A stretch of DNA of 11,662 bases from Candidatus Pacearchaeota archaeon. Lineage in GTDB: Archaea > Nanobdellota > Nanobdellia > Pacearchaeales > GW2011-AR1. Positions within the stretch are counted from its first letter, which is position 1. The number at the start of each line of letters is the position of its first letter. The notes beneath the pieces are model-generated. The model ran no database searches, was not told the origin of the DNA, and worked only from the letters and a program-made list of their open reading frames with translations. Shown here one piece after another: positions 1 to 7,074 of the stretch. The DNA lies in contig JAGVWT010000004.1 of NCBI GenBank assembly GCA_018304175.1, forward strand, positions 1-11,662, read 5' to 3'. Made by a program: the position numbers and the translations under genes.

Positions 1-1
1 T

Positions 2-208
2 TTAGATGATTATATTGATAGAGCACATACAAGCCAAGGACTTCCAAGAAGAGATGTTAAAAAAGGAAATTTATATTTCTGGCATCCAAGAAATGTTTCT
101 GTTGCCAGTTTCCTCGCTAGCGATGGCAGGGCGAATCTGCTTTGCGTCAGGTATCTTCAGGCTAGGGGTTTCGTCATCGGGGTACGCGCTGTTGCACAGG
201 AAAAGTAA
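2..208 (+). CDS. 3' end of a gene truncated by the window edge; putative C-type-lectin-fold DGR target-like protein
   Basis: Not in the ORF track. Frame 2 is open from base 2 to TAA 206-208: LDDYIDRAHTSQGLPRRDVKKGNLYFWHPRNVSVASFLASDGRANLLCVRYLQARGFVIGVRAVAQEK*. The W.P....VA.F.A...RA.L.C..........GVR ending resembles DPANN DGR target proteins as I recall them. The coding call is firmer than the product call. Confidence 0.7.
   Translation, partial: LDDYIDRAHTSQGLPRRDVKKGNLYFWHPRNVSVASFLASDGRANLLCVRYLQARGFVIGVRAVAQEK
101..190 (+). other. Candidate DGR variable region (VR)
   Basis: Hand count: 58 G+C in 101-200 and only 12 A in 101-190, against a strongly AT-rich background. Fixed-looking codons (GCC, TTC, GCT, AGG GCG, CTG, TGC, AGG, GGG GTA CGC) alternate with NNC/NNT codons (CTC, AGC, GGC, CTT, GTC, TAT, GTC), as expected from mutagenised AAC/AAT template codons. 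Confidence 0.55.
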
Positions 209-225
209 GGTTTGGCTCGCTGGTA

Positions 226-265
226 AAAAAGTTGAACAAGACTTTTTGTCTAGCAAATTTTTTTC
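226..265 (+). terminator. Short inverted repeat plus T-run after the partial gene
   Basis: AAAAAGT (226-232) and ACTTTTT (241-247) form a perfect 7-bp inverted repeat, followed by a T-run at 258-264. The stem is AT-rich and weak. Confidence 0.3.
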
Positions 266-271
266 AAACAT

Positions 272-286
272 AAAAAAATTTAAACC
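272..286 (+). promoter_or_regulatory. BRE/TATA-like promoter of the ATPase gene
   Basis: A-run followed by TTTAAA (279-284), starting 27 nt before ATG 306. This matches the spacing seen at other genes in the window. Confidence 0.5.
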
Positions 287-305
287 AACATCTCTTTGTT
301 TTAAA

Positions 306-2216
306 ATGCAATTTAAAGAAAATACACCTTTATATTCTTCAGAGGTGCAAAGAGAAGGAGGAGAGGATATTTTATATGTGAATTACTTAGGTGCGCCTTT
401 TGTTCCTAGCGTATCTGAATATTCAGAAGTTATGGAAAGAACAATTGATATACTAATTGAAAACCCAAATGTTTCCAGAGTTGTTTTTGTCCAACAGAAA
501 AACTACAATTATGATTTTAATGAGACTTCAATGTTGATGGAAATTGCCCAGATTTATGTTTATCTTCTTAAACAAGAAAAGATTTTATCTCAGGAAAAAC
601 TGACTTCAATTTATGAGCAATTCTTTTCACAGAGATATAATGAGGTATTTTATTTTTTAGTTTTACTGAAAAAAGACCCTGTTGCAGCGTACAGTGAGCT
701 GAAAAAAATTATTGTTGAAGCTAATGTAAATCTGAACAAGCTTGGTGTGGTTTTCAAATCTGACCAGAAGAACTACATTATGTTTCTTGATAAAATTCTA
801 TCAATGCTCGAAAAGACAAAATTAATTCAATCGGCTTTTCCGTACCTTATTGGATATCAGCAAGGCGACAGGGAAATTTACAGAAATATTTTTCGTGCGG
901 ACGTTATCCCTAATTTTACCTTTACGAGGCTTGTCGCTGACTTACCTGACGAAGCGGAGATAATTGACCAATACAAAATTGCTGAGAGTTATGAAGAATC
1001 TTTGGTTACGATTATGAAAAGAAAAAATGAGTCCAAGCTTTTTTATCATATAACTCCTCCTGAAAATATTTTAAACGAAGATTACAATATGCTTCTTAAT
1101 TTGGCTAGGAATGTTTTGATTGAGCATCAACCAAAAGCAGAGGAATTCATAGACACTGAAAGAACAAGGCAGATTTTTTTTAATATTTCCTGTGATTTAC
1201 TCCAAGATTTAGCAAATACAAAAGGAATTAAAATAAGTTACTCTGATTTGAATAAACTCGCGACAATTCTTGTGAGGCACACAATTGGATTCGGAATTGT
1301 TGAGATTTTGCTTCAGGATAAAAAACTTCAAGATATATCTTTGAACGCTCCGATTTCACTTAACCCTGTTTTTGTGAGGCATCAAGATTATGACGAGTGT
1401 TCAACAAATATCCTGCCAAGTGCTGAGGATGCAAATTCATGGGCTGCAAAGTTTAGAATGTTAAGCGGAAGACCTTTGGATGAAGCAAACCCTATTCTTG
1501 ACACCCAGCTTGAGATTGGAAAAATAAATTCAAGAATAGCAATAATTCAAAATCCATTATCTCCTGACGGTTTGGCTTATGCAATAAGAAGACACAGAGA
1601 ACAGCCTTGGACGCTACCATTGTTTATAAGAAACAAAATGATAAATCCCCTTGCTGCAGGATTAATGAGTTTTTTGATTGACGGTTCTCGAACAATTTTA
1701 GTTGCCGGAACTAGAAGCAGCGGTAAAACCTCTCTTCTTGGGAGTCTGATGCTTGAAATAATTCCAAAATACAGAATCATTGTTATTGAAGATAGTTTGG
1801 AATTGCCTGTTGATTCTTTGAGAAAATTAAATTATGATATTTTGCGAATGAAAGTCCGTTCGGCTTTATTAAAGACAACAACAGAAGTTTCTGCTGATGA
1901 CGGAATCAGGACGAGTCTGAGATTGGGAGACTCTTCTTTAATTATTGGTGAAGTAAGAAGTGTTGAAGCAAAAGCACTTTATGAAGCAATGAGAATTGGT
2001 GCGCTGGCAAATGTTGTTGCAGGAACGATTCATGGAGCATCGCCTTACGGAGTTTTTGACAGGGTTGTAAATGATTTGGAAGTTCCAATTACAAGTTTCA
2101 AAGCTACAGATATAATTGCGGTTGCAAATCCGATAAAAACTCCTGATGGATTGCATTCTTGGAAAAGACTTGTTCAAAGGATTTGTAGACCTGATGAAAT
2201 ACAATGTCAATACTGA
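306..2216 (+). CDS. Type II/IV secretion / type IV pilus assembly ATPase (VirB11/TadA/ArlI family), main part; frameshifted near 2177
   Basis: Walker A GTRSSGKTS (1707-1733), Asp box IVIEDSLEL, Walker B LIIGEVRSVEA and His-box-like GTIHG. True start is placed at ATG 306 (MQFKENT) rather than 6, because the extension overlaps the upstream gene and a TATA element precedes 306. After Q at 2175-2177 the frame runs into 13 unrelated residues. Confidence 0.92.
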   Translation: MQFKENTPLYSSEVQREGGEDILYVNYLGAPFVPSVSEYSEVMERTIDILIENPNVSRVVFVQQKNYNYDFNETSMLMEIAQIYVYLLKQEKILSQEKLTSIYEQFFSQRYNEVFYFLVLLKKDPVAAYSELKKIIVEANVNLNKLGVVFKSDQKNYIMFLDKILSMLEKTKLIQSAFPYLIGYQQGDREIYRNIFRADVIPNFTFTRLVADLPDEAEIIDQYKIAESYEESLVTIMKRKNESKLFYHITPPENILNEDYNMLLNLARNVLIEHQPKAEEFIDTERTRQIFFNISCDLLQDLANTKGIKISYSDLNKLATILVRHTIGFGIVEILLQDKKLQDISLNAPISLNPVFVRHQDYDECSTNILPSAEDANSWAAKFRMLSGRPLDEANPILDTQLEIGKINSRIAIIQNPLSPDGLAYAIRRHREQPWTLPLFIRNKMINPLAAGLMSFLIDGSRTILVAGTRSSGKTSLLGSLMLEIIPKYRIIVIEDSLELPVDSLRKLNYDILRMKVRSALLKTTTEVSADDGIRTSLRLGDSSLIIGEVRSVEAKALYEAMRIGALANVVAGTIHGASPYGVFDRVVNDLEVPITSFKATDIIAVANPIKTPDGLHSWKRLVQRICRPDEIQCQY

Positions 2217-2544
2217 TACTTTAGAACCGAGTGATGATTTAATTAATGGAGACAGCGAGGTTATAAAAGACATAGCAGGGAATATAAAAGGCTGGGCTGG
2301 AAACTGGGACGCTGTTTATGATAATATTTTACTTAGGGCAAAAATAAAAGAGGAGATAGTTAAAACAGCAGAAAAAACAGGGAATGAATCACTTTTAGAA
2401 TCTGGATTCACAGTTTTGTCAAACGACGCATTTCATAAAATTTCCGATAGTGTTAGGCAGGAAATTGGTTTGCCGTTGAGTGAAAGAGTTTTTCCAATCT
2501 GGCAGAAGTGGATGAATCAACAGATAAAGGGAAGGAAGGTTTAA
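2179..2544 (+). pseudogene. Out-of-frame C-terminal portion of the same ATPase (GFVDLMKYN...GRKV)
   Basis: The ORF 2146-2544 overlaps the ATPase end in the +1 frame and has ordinary protein-like composition from GGA 2179. It has no promoter or RBS of its own. Whether the break is real or an assembly error cannot be decided from the sequence. Confidence 0.7.
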
Positions 2545-2554
2545 TTTTTTGAAT

Positions 2555-2980
2555 CTATTCCTCAAACTGAAATCTCGAGGAGATTTTTATGAAAACACCG
2601 GTTCTTATTTCTGTTGGTGTAAATTTAAAGGATTTCCATTCACTGCCAAGATAAATTTTTGGGTCTTGTCCAAGTTTGCTAGTCATTATGCTTGAAGCCA
2701 TGTTTGCATCATCCCCTTTTAATTCCTTTACAACACCATCAATTTGCACTGTGTTTTTTCCTTCTGTTATAACAATGCTGGCTTTGGGATTTATTTTTAG
2801 ATTTTTGTATTTGACAAATCCTCTTTTAGTAACAAAATAAAAATCTCCCCCCTCATAAACATATTCTATTGTTGCTGCTTCAGGTTTCCCATTTAATGAT
2901 GCAGTAGCAAGGACGCATAAACTGTTTGAAGAAATTAATTTTTCAGCTAAATCTTCTTCTGTTTTCTCATATTTTTTCAT
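2555..2980 (-). CDS. Pyridoxamine 5'-phosphate oxidase-like (split-barrel, FMN/F420-binding) protein
   Basis: 141 aa with LATASLNGKPEA, FYFVTKRGFVKYKNLKINPKASIVI and VQIDG, the typical PNPOx-like motif order. Confidence 0.85.
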   Translation of the reverse strand: MKKYEKTEEDLAEKLISSNSLCVLATASLNGKPEAATIEYVYEGGDFYFVTKRGFVKYKNLKINPKASIVITEGKNTVQIDGVVKELKGDDANMASSIMTSKLGQDPKIYLGSEWKSFKFTPTEIRTGVFIKISSRFQFEE

Positions 2981-3000
2981 CTAGTTTTTAGCCTTTTAAA

Positions 3001-3016
3001 TATTATAAACATTTCT
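3001..3016 (-). promoter_or_regulatory. BRE/TATA-like promoter of the PNPO-like gene
   Basis: The minus strand reads AGAAATGTTTATAATA, and TTTA starts 29 nt before ATG 2980. Confidence 0.5.
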
Positions 3017-3020
3017 CCCC

Positions 3021-3035
3021 AAAAACATTTATTAA
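3021..3035 (+). promoter_or_regulatory. BRE/TATA-like promoter of the platform gene
   Basis: AAAAACATTTATTAA, identical to 5244-5258. An SD-like GAGGT at 3066-3070 precedes ATG 3075. Confidence 0.55.
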
Positions 3036-3074
3036 CAACTTTTCCTTTTTGGTTTTATAAAAACAGAGGTAAAA

Positions 3075-5240
3075 ATGGCTTCAAATCCTTACAGAAAACC
3101 AAATGTTGATGATATTCTGAAAAAATACAAAAGTAAAATAGAAGGGCAAATTGAGACATCTTCTGTTAATTATAATTACAGCCGTGAATACAATCAATTC
3201 AAGCAGGAAATGGCTCCTCAATTGACGAGATATGAAAAACTTTGCAAAAGTCTTGGAAGTTTTGTGAAAATAAAAATTTCAGAAAAAGATGAGAATAAAT
3301 TAAGAAAAAGCCTTGAGATCTCTCATATTGATATTAATCCATCAGAGGCGTTCGGGTTAAGCGTGTTTGTTTCAATGAGTGTCTTTCTTGTTTCACTTTT
3401 GATATCTGTTGCTGTTTTTTTAATCTCCGGAGATTTAGCTAATTTTCCTTTTATGTTTTTTGTGATGATGTGTGGTGTTGCTTTGTTTTGTCTTTATTTT
3501 GTGAAAAGCTATCCTGAAAGACTGGCGAATCAGTGGCGTTTAAAAGCAAGCAGTCAGATGGTTCCTGCAATTCTCTACGTCGTTGTTTACATGAGACACA
3601 CTCCAAATTTGGAAAAGGCAATCGCTTTTGCGTCTGAGCATTTAGATTATCCTTTAGCGTTAGATTTCAGAAAAGTTTTTTACGACGTTGAAATCGGAAA
3701 ATTCTCCTCTATAAAGGAGAGTTTAGACAATTATCTTGAAAACTGGAAGGATTATTCATTTGAATTTATCGAGGCTTTTCATTTGATTGAGAGTAGTTTG
3801 TTTGAGCCAGACAATGAAAGAAGGATTACTACTCTTGAAAAATCTTTGCAGGTTGTTTTAGACGGTGTTTACGATAAGATGCTGAAATTCACCCACGATG
3901 TTAGAAGTCCTATAACAAATGTTTACATGCTAACAGTTGTTTTGCCTGTTTTGGGAATTGCGCTGTTGCCTTTGGCGTCTGTTCTCGTCGGTGATTTCCT
4001 GAAATGGTATCATATATTTATACTTTATACAATGATACTTCCATTTATCACTTTTTATCTAACAGACAGAATTATGTTTTTACGCCCGGGAGGTCATGGA
4101 GAAACAGCCTTTTTAGAGAAAAATTCGCTTTATACGAAATATAAAAGCAATGAACCTTATGTAAATGCCTCTGTGATTGCTCTGTTGTTTATCCTTCTAG
4201 GGCTTTTGCCTTTGATATTTCAATTCACTCCTATTCCTGAACTAATCGGTATTGGCAAGGATTTTACTTTTTCACAAATTGGATTGGGTATTTTTGGAGA
4301 CCAAGAATTTTTCGGATTTATTGAAGATTCTAACGGCGTTTCAGGGCCTTTTGGAATTGGCTCACTGCTATTGGGATTATTTGTTCCATTTGGAATTGCA
4401 ATCTTCTTCATAATCGCTTATAGAGAAAAAACAAAAGAGTTAATTGTTGAGAGAAACAAGACGAAGCAACTTGAAAAAGAATTTAACAATTCTCTTTTTC
4501 AATTAGGAAACAGAGTAGGTAACGGTGTGCCTCCTGAATTGGCTTTTGGAAAAATCGCAGAATCTTCAAGGGGGTTGATAACTGAAAATTTCTTCAGAAT
4601 TGTTAATTATAACATAAGGCAAAATGGGATGAGTGTTGAGAAAGCGGTTTTTGATTCAAGGCGAGGAGCTATAAACCAATATCCTTCTGAGTTAATCGCT
4701 ACGAGCATGAGAATTTTTATTGAATCGTCGAAAAAAGGGCTGAAAATTGCTGCAGTGAGTTTGATGAGCATTTCACAATACATAAAAAATATCCAGAAAA
4801 TAACTCAAAGACTCAGAGATATGCTTGCAGAAATAATTTCTGACATGAAAAGCAATATAACTTTTTTAGCACCTTTGCTTTTGGGAATTGTAATTGGTTT
4901 GGCGGCTATGATTACTTCAATACTCAGCAGGGTTAATATTTCAGGAATTGAAGAAGTAGAAGGAGTAGGAACATTCCAAAATCTACTGACTGTCTTTGAT
5001 TTGACAAAAATGATTTCCCCATATTATTTGCAGTTGGCTATAGGAATTTATCTGATAGAAATAATTTTCATTTTAACCAGAACTTTGGTGACGATTGATT
5101 CTGGAGAAGACAAATTGCAGAGGACAAATTTAACAGGAATAAATTTGAGAACAGGAATTGTATTTTACACCATAACCGCGTTCATTGCGATTGTAACTTT
5201 GTTCGCGCTTTCGTCAATAGTAGTAACTGGTTTGGGTTAA
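3075..5240 (+). CDS. Type IV pilus membrane platform protein (TadB/TadC/ArlJ-like, two-repeat polytopic)
   Basis: 721 aa with several hydrophobic hairpins separated by two soluble helical domains: VVYMRHTPNLEKAIAF...LALDFRKVFYDVE and FQLGNRVGNGVPPELAFGKIAE...F. It lies between the ATPase and the pilin genes. Confidence 0.85.
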   Translation: MASNPYRKPNVDDILKKYKSKIEGQIETSSVNYNYSREYNQFKQEMAPQLTRYEKLCKSLGSFVKIKISEKDENKLRKSLEISHIDINPSEAFGLSVFVSMSVFLVSLLISVAVFLISGDLANFPFMFFVMMCGVALFCLYFVKSYPERLANQWRLKASSQMVPAILYVVVYMRHTPNLEKAIAFASEHLDYPLALDFRKVFYDVEIGKFSSIKESLDNYLENWKDYSFEFIEAFHLIESSLFEPDNERRITTLEKSLQVVLDGVYDKMLKFTHDVRSPITNVYMLTVVLPVLGIALLPLASVLVGDFLKWYHIFILYTMILPFITFYLTDRIMFLRPGGHGETAFLEKNSLYTKYKSNEPYVNASVIALLFILLGLLPLIFQFTPIPELIGIGKDFTFSQIGLGIFGDQEFFGFIEDSNGVSGPFGIGSLLLGLFVPFGIAIFFIIAYREKTKELIVERNKTKQLEKEFNNSLFQLGNRVGNGVPPELAFGKIAESSRGLITENFFRIVNYNIRQNGMSVEKAVFDSRRGAINQYPSELIATSMRIFIESSKKGLKIAAVSLMSISQYIKNIQKITQRLRDMLAEIISDMKSNITFLAPLLLGIVIGLAAMITSILSRVNISGIEEVEGVGTFQNLLTVFDLTKMISPYYLQLAIGIYLIEIIFILTRTLVTIDSGEDKLQRTNLTGINLRTGIVFYTITAFIAIVTLFALSSIVVTGLG

Positions 5241-5243
5241 TGG

Positions 5244-5258
5244 AAAAACATTTATTAA
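5244..5258 (+). promoter_or_regulatory. BRE/TATA-like promoter of the first pilin block
   Basis: AAAAACATTTATTAA, with TTTA starting 29 nt before ATG 5280. Confidence 0.6.
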
Positions 5259-5279
5259 TGTGTCTTGTTTTTTTACTTT

Positions 5280-5441
5280 ATGAAAAAAAGGTTAGATAAA
5301 AAAGGAATCGTTGCTGATTATCTGCCGTGGATTTTAATTGCAATAGCTGTTCTTGCTGTTTTGATGATTGCAATTTTTACAATGAAAGAGCAGGGAATTT
5401 CACTTATAGACAAAATTAAAGATTTGATAAAATTCAGGTAA
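5280..5441 (+). CDS. 53-aa pilin-like protein with class III signal peptide (missed by the ORF track)
   Basis: MKKRLDKKG|IVADYLPWILIAIAVLAVLMIAIFTMKEQGISLIDKIKDLIKFR*: basic leader, KKG cleavage motif, hydrophobic helix and amphipathic tail. Confidence 0.85.
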   Translation: MKKRLDKKGIVADYLPWILIAIAVLAVLMIAIFTMKEQGISLIDKIKDLIKFR

Positions 5442-5446
5442 ATAAA

Positions 5447-5578
5447 ATGGAACTTGCAATAAGTCAATTGATAAAAATAGTTTTAGGAGTTTTAGTTGTA
5501 GTAGTAGTAGTTTTGGGATTGTATTTTTTTGGAGAACAACTTATAGATTTTTTTAGAAATCTCCCCGGAGCTTCATAA
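5447..5578 (+). CDS. 43-aa pilin-like membrane peptide without a basic leader (missed by the ORF track)
   Basis: MELAISQLIKIVLGVLVVVVVVLGLYFFGEQLIDFFRNLPGAS*. It fills the gap exactly, and its TAA abuts ATG 5579. An in-frame stop at 5417-5419 rules out an upstream leader. Confidence 0.75.
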   Translation: MELAISQLIKIVLGVLVVVVVVLGLYFFGEQLIDFFRNLPGAS

Positions 5579-6127
5579 ATGAAAAACAAAAAGTTAAAAA
5601 ATCAGAGATTTTTCAAAAACCGTAAAGGATTTTTGCTTGCCGAAGAAACACTAAAAATAATCATTGCTGTGATTAGCATTGGTTTTTTGGTCTATTTTTT
5701 GGCTGCCTTGTATTTTGCTAACAGGGATGCTGAAAAATTAGAACAGGCAGGAGCTTCTCTGGAATTTTTAATTAGTGAAGTGAATTTACAGAGGGAAGAA
5801 GTTGTTTTGTATAATCCTGAAGGATGGGTTTTAACAAGCTGGCCACATGGAGTTAGAAAGGGATTTGATAATGTTCCTGAAGTTCTTGGTGGTGGAGGTT
5901 TAATTAATGATATTCCTAATTCATGTTTAAATATTGGGTGGGAAAAATGTATTTGTATTTGTGAGAATACATGGTTGGATTTGCAAGGAAGTTATTGCGA
6001 TAACAAAGGAATCTGCATGCAAAGTGATTTTGAAGTTCAAGGAGAGGGTAACCAAATAGAATTAAATAATTTGCCTTTAACATTAAATATTAATCATAAA
6101 AATAAAAAAATAGAGAAATTGCAATGA
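5579..6127 (+). CDS. Pilin-like protein, class III signal peptide, Cys-rich globular domain
   Basis: ...KNRKG|FLLAEETLKIIIAVISIGFLVYFLAALYF, with a later C-x7-C-x-C-x-C cluster. Confidence 0.85.
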   Translation: MKNKKLKNQRFFKNRKGFLLAEETLKIIIAVISIGFLVYFLAALYFANRDAEKLEQAGASLEFLISEVNLQREEVVLYNPEGWVLTSWPHGVRKGFDNVPEVLGGGGLINDIPNSCLNIGWEKCICICENTWLDLQGSYCDNKGICMQSDFEVQGEGNQIELNNLPLTLNINHKNKKIEKLQ

Positions 6128-6225
6128 ATCTTGACGAGTTGATAAAATATTTAATGTGGATTGTGTTTTTTGTTATAGCCGCTGTTGCAATTATTACTAC
6201 ACTAAAAAAAGTAGGTATTGTTTAA
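6124..6225 (+). CDS. 33-aa pilin-like membrane peptide without a basic leader (missed by the ORF track)
   Basis: MNLDELIKYLMWIVFFVIAAVAIITTLKKVGIV*. It has an ATGA overlap with the upstream stop and ends 1 nt before ATG 6227. An in-frame stop lies at 6103-6105. Confidence 0.7.
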   Translation: MNLDELIKYLMWIVFFVIAAVAIITTLKKVGIV

Positions 6226-6226
6226 A

Positions 6227-7036
6227 ATGAATTTACTTGGAAAAAGAGGAGAATTGACAAGCCATCAAATTGTTGTTATAACAATTTTGATAATTAGTTT
6301 TATTGTTATATTGTTCTTATTGTTCAGACTGAATCTTGGAGAAGAAACACAAAAAGAAATCTGCCATAATTCTATAATTTTGCAAGATAGGTCATTTTTT
6401 TCTGGTCCATTAAATTGCAGAACAAATTATCTATGTGTTTCTGGGGGGGAAGATTGTGAAGATATAAATCCGATGCAAACTATTGAAGTTGACATAAATC
6501 CAAGACCAACACAAGAAAAGACAGAAGAAGATTTGATTAAAGGGCAGATAATGAAATCAATTGCTGACGAGATGTCTGACTGCTGGTGGCAGTTTGGCGA
6601 GGGAAAAGTTGATTATACAAAAGGAATTTCAGGCACTCATTCATGTGCTGTTTGTTCAACTGTTAAATTTGATTCTTCTCTTCAAAATGTTGATTTAACT
6701 TATGGGGGATTTTATGAATATCTTGAGAAGACCAAAAAAGGAACAAGCTCCGAAGCATACTTGAAATATTTGTATGGTGTAACTAGTTTGGAATCCCTTG
6801 ATATAAGCGAGTCTTATTTAAACGAAAACTTTGAGTTTGGCGAGAGGTATGCGGTAATTACAGGTATGGCAAAAGAAGGATTTTCATGGAGTGGATTTTC
6901 AATAGATATTGAATTTACACTTGATATATTTGGTGATGATGGCAATATTGATCCTAGCAGAATTATAAGGCCGGTTATACTCAAAAGTTCAGATATTGAT
7001 TCGCTTAACTGCGGCGATTTCGTGACGAAAGCTTAG
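6227..7036 (+). CDS. Large pilin-like protein, class III signal peptide, multiple cysteines
   Basis: MNLLGKRG|ELTSHQIVVITILIISFIVILFLLF, with Cys motifs ICHNS, CRTNYLC, DCWWQFGEG, CAVCS and NCGDFVTKA. ATG 6227 is preferred over TTG 6218. Confidence 0.85.
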   Translation: MNLLGKRGELTSHQIVVITILIISFIVILFLLFRLNLGEETQKEICHNSIILQDRSFFSGPLNCRTNYLCVSGGEDCEDINPMQTIEVDINPRPTQEKTEEDLIKGQIMKSIADEMSDCWWQFGEGKVDYTKGISGTHSCAVCSTVKFDSSLQNVDLTYGGFYEYLEKTKKGTSSEAYLKYLYGVTSLESLDISESYLNENFEFGERYAVITGMAKEGFSWSGFSIDIEFTLDIFGDDGNIDPSRIIRPVILKSSDIDSLNCGDFVTKA

Positions 7037-7042
7037 ATGCAT

Positions 7043-7053
7043 AATTTTATTAA
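7043..7053 (+). promoter_or_regulatory. TATA-like promoter of the second pilin block
   Basis: TTTATTAA at 7046-7053, starting 29 nt before ATG 7075, inside the short intergenic gap 7037-7074. Confidence 0.5.
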
Positions 7054-7074
7054 GTTTTTTGGTGTAAAATCATT

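Noticed and set aside
6-305. 100-aa N-terminal extension of the ATPase in the ORF track
   Set aside because: It overlaps the frame-2 gene end (to 208) and then crosses AT-rich terminator/promoter sequence. A TATA element supports ATG 306.
2146-2178. Independent gene start MDCILGKDLFK for the 132-aa ORF
   Set aside because: It lies inside conserved ATPase coding sequence and has no promoter or RBS. It is better explained as the frameshifted ATPase tail.
2170-2185. Programmed ribosomal frameshift
   Set aside because: No canonical slippery heptamer or downstream structure is evident, and a +1 shift would still omit the expected IxEV motif.
71-4411. Minus-strand ORFs 71-271, 1577-1780, 1938-2273 and 4220-4411
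   Set aside because: Antisense shadows of well-supported plus-strand genes with no recognisable motifs.
5495-5512. (GTA)4 microsatellite and nearby T7 runs as phase-variation switches
   Set aside because: These are short in-frame Val/Phe codon runs in a TM helix, and such runs are common throughout this AT-rich window.
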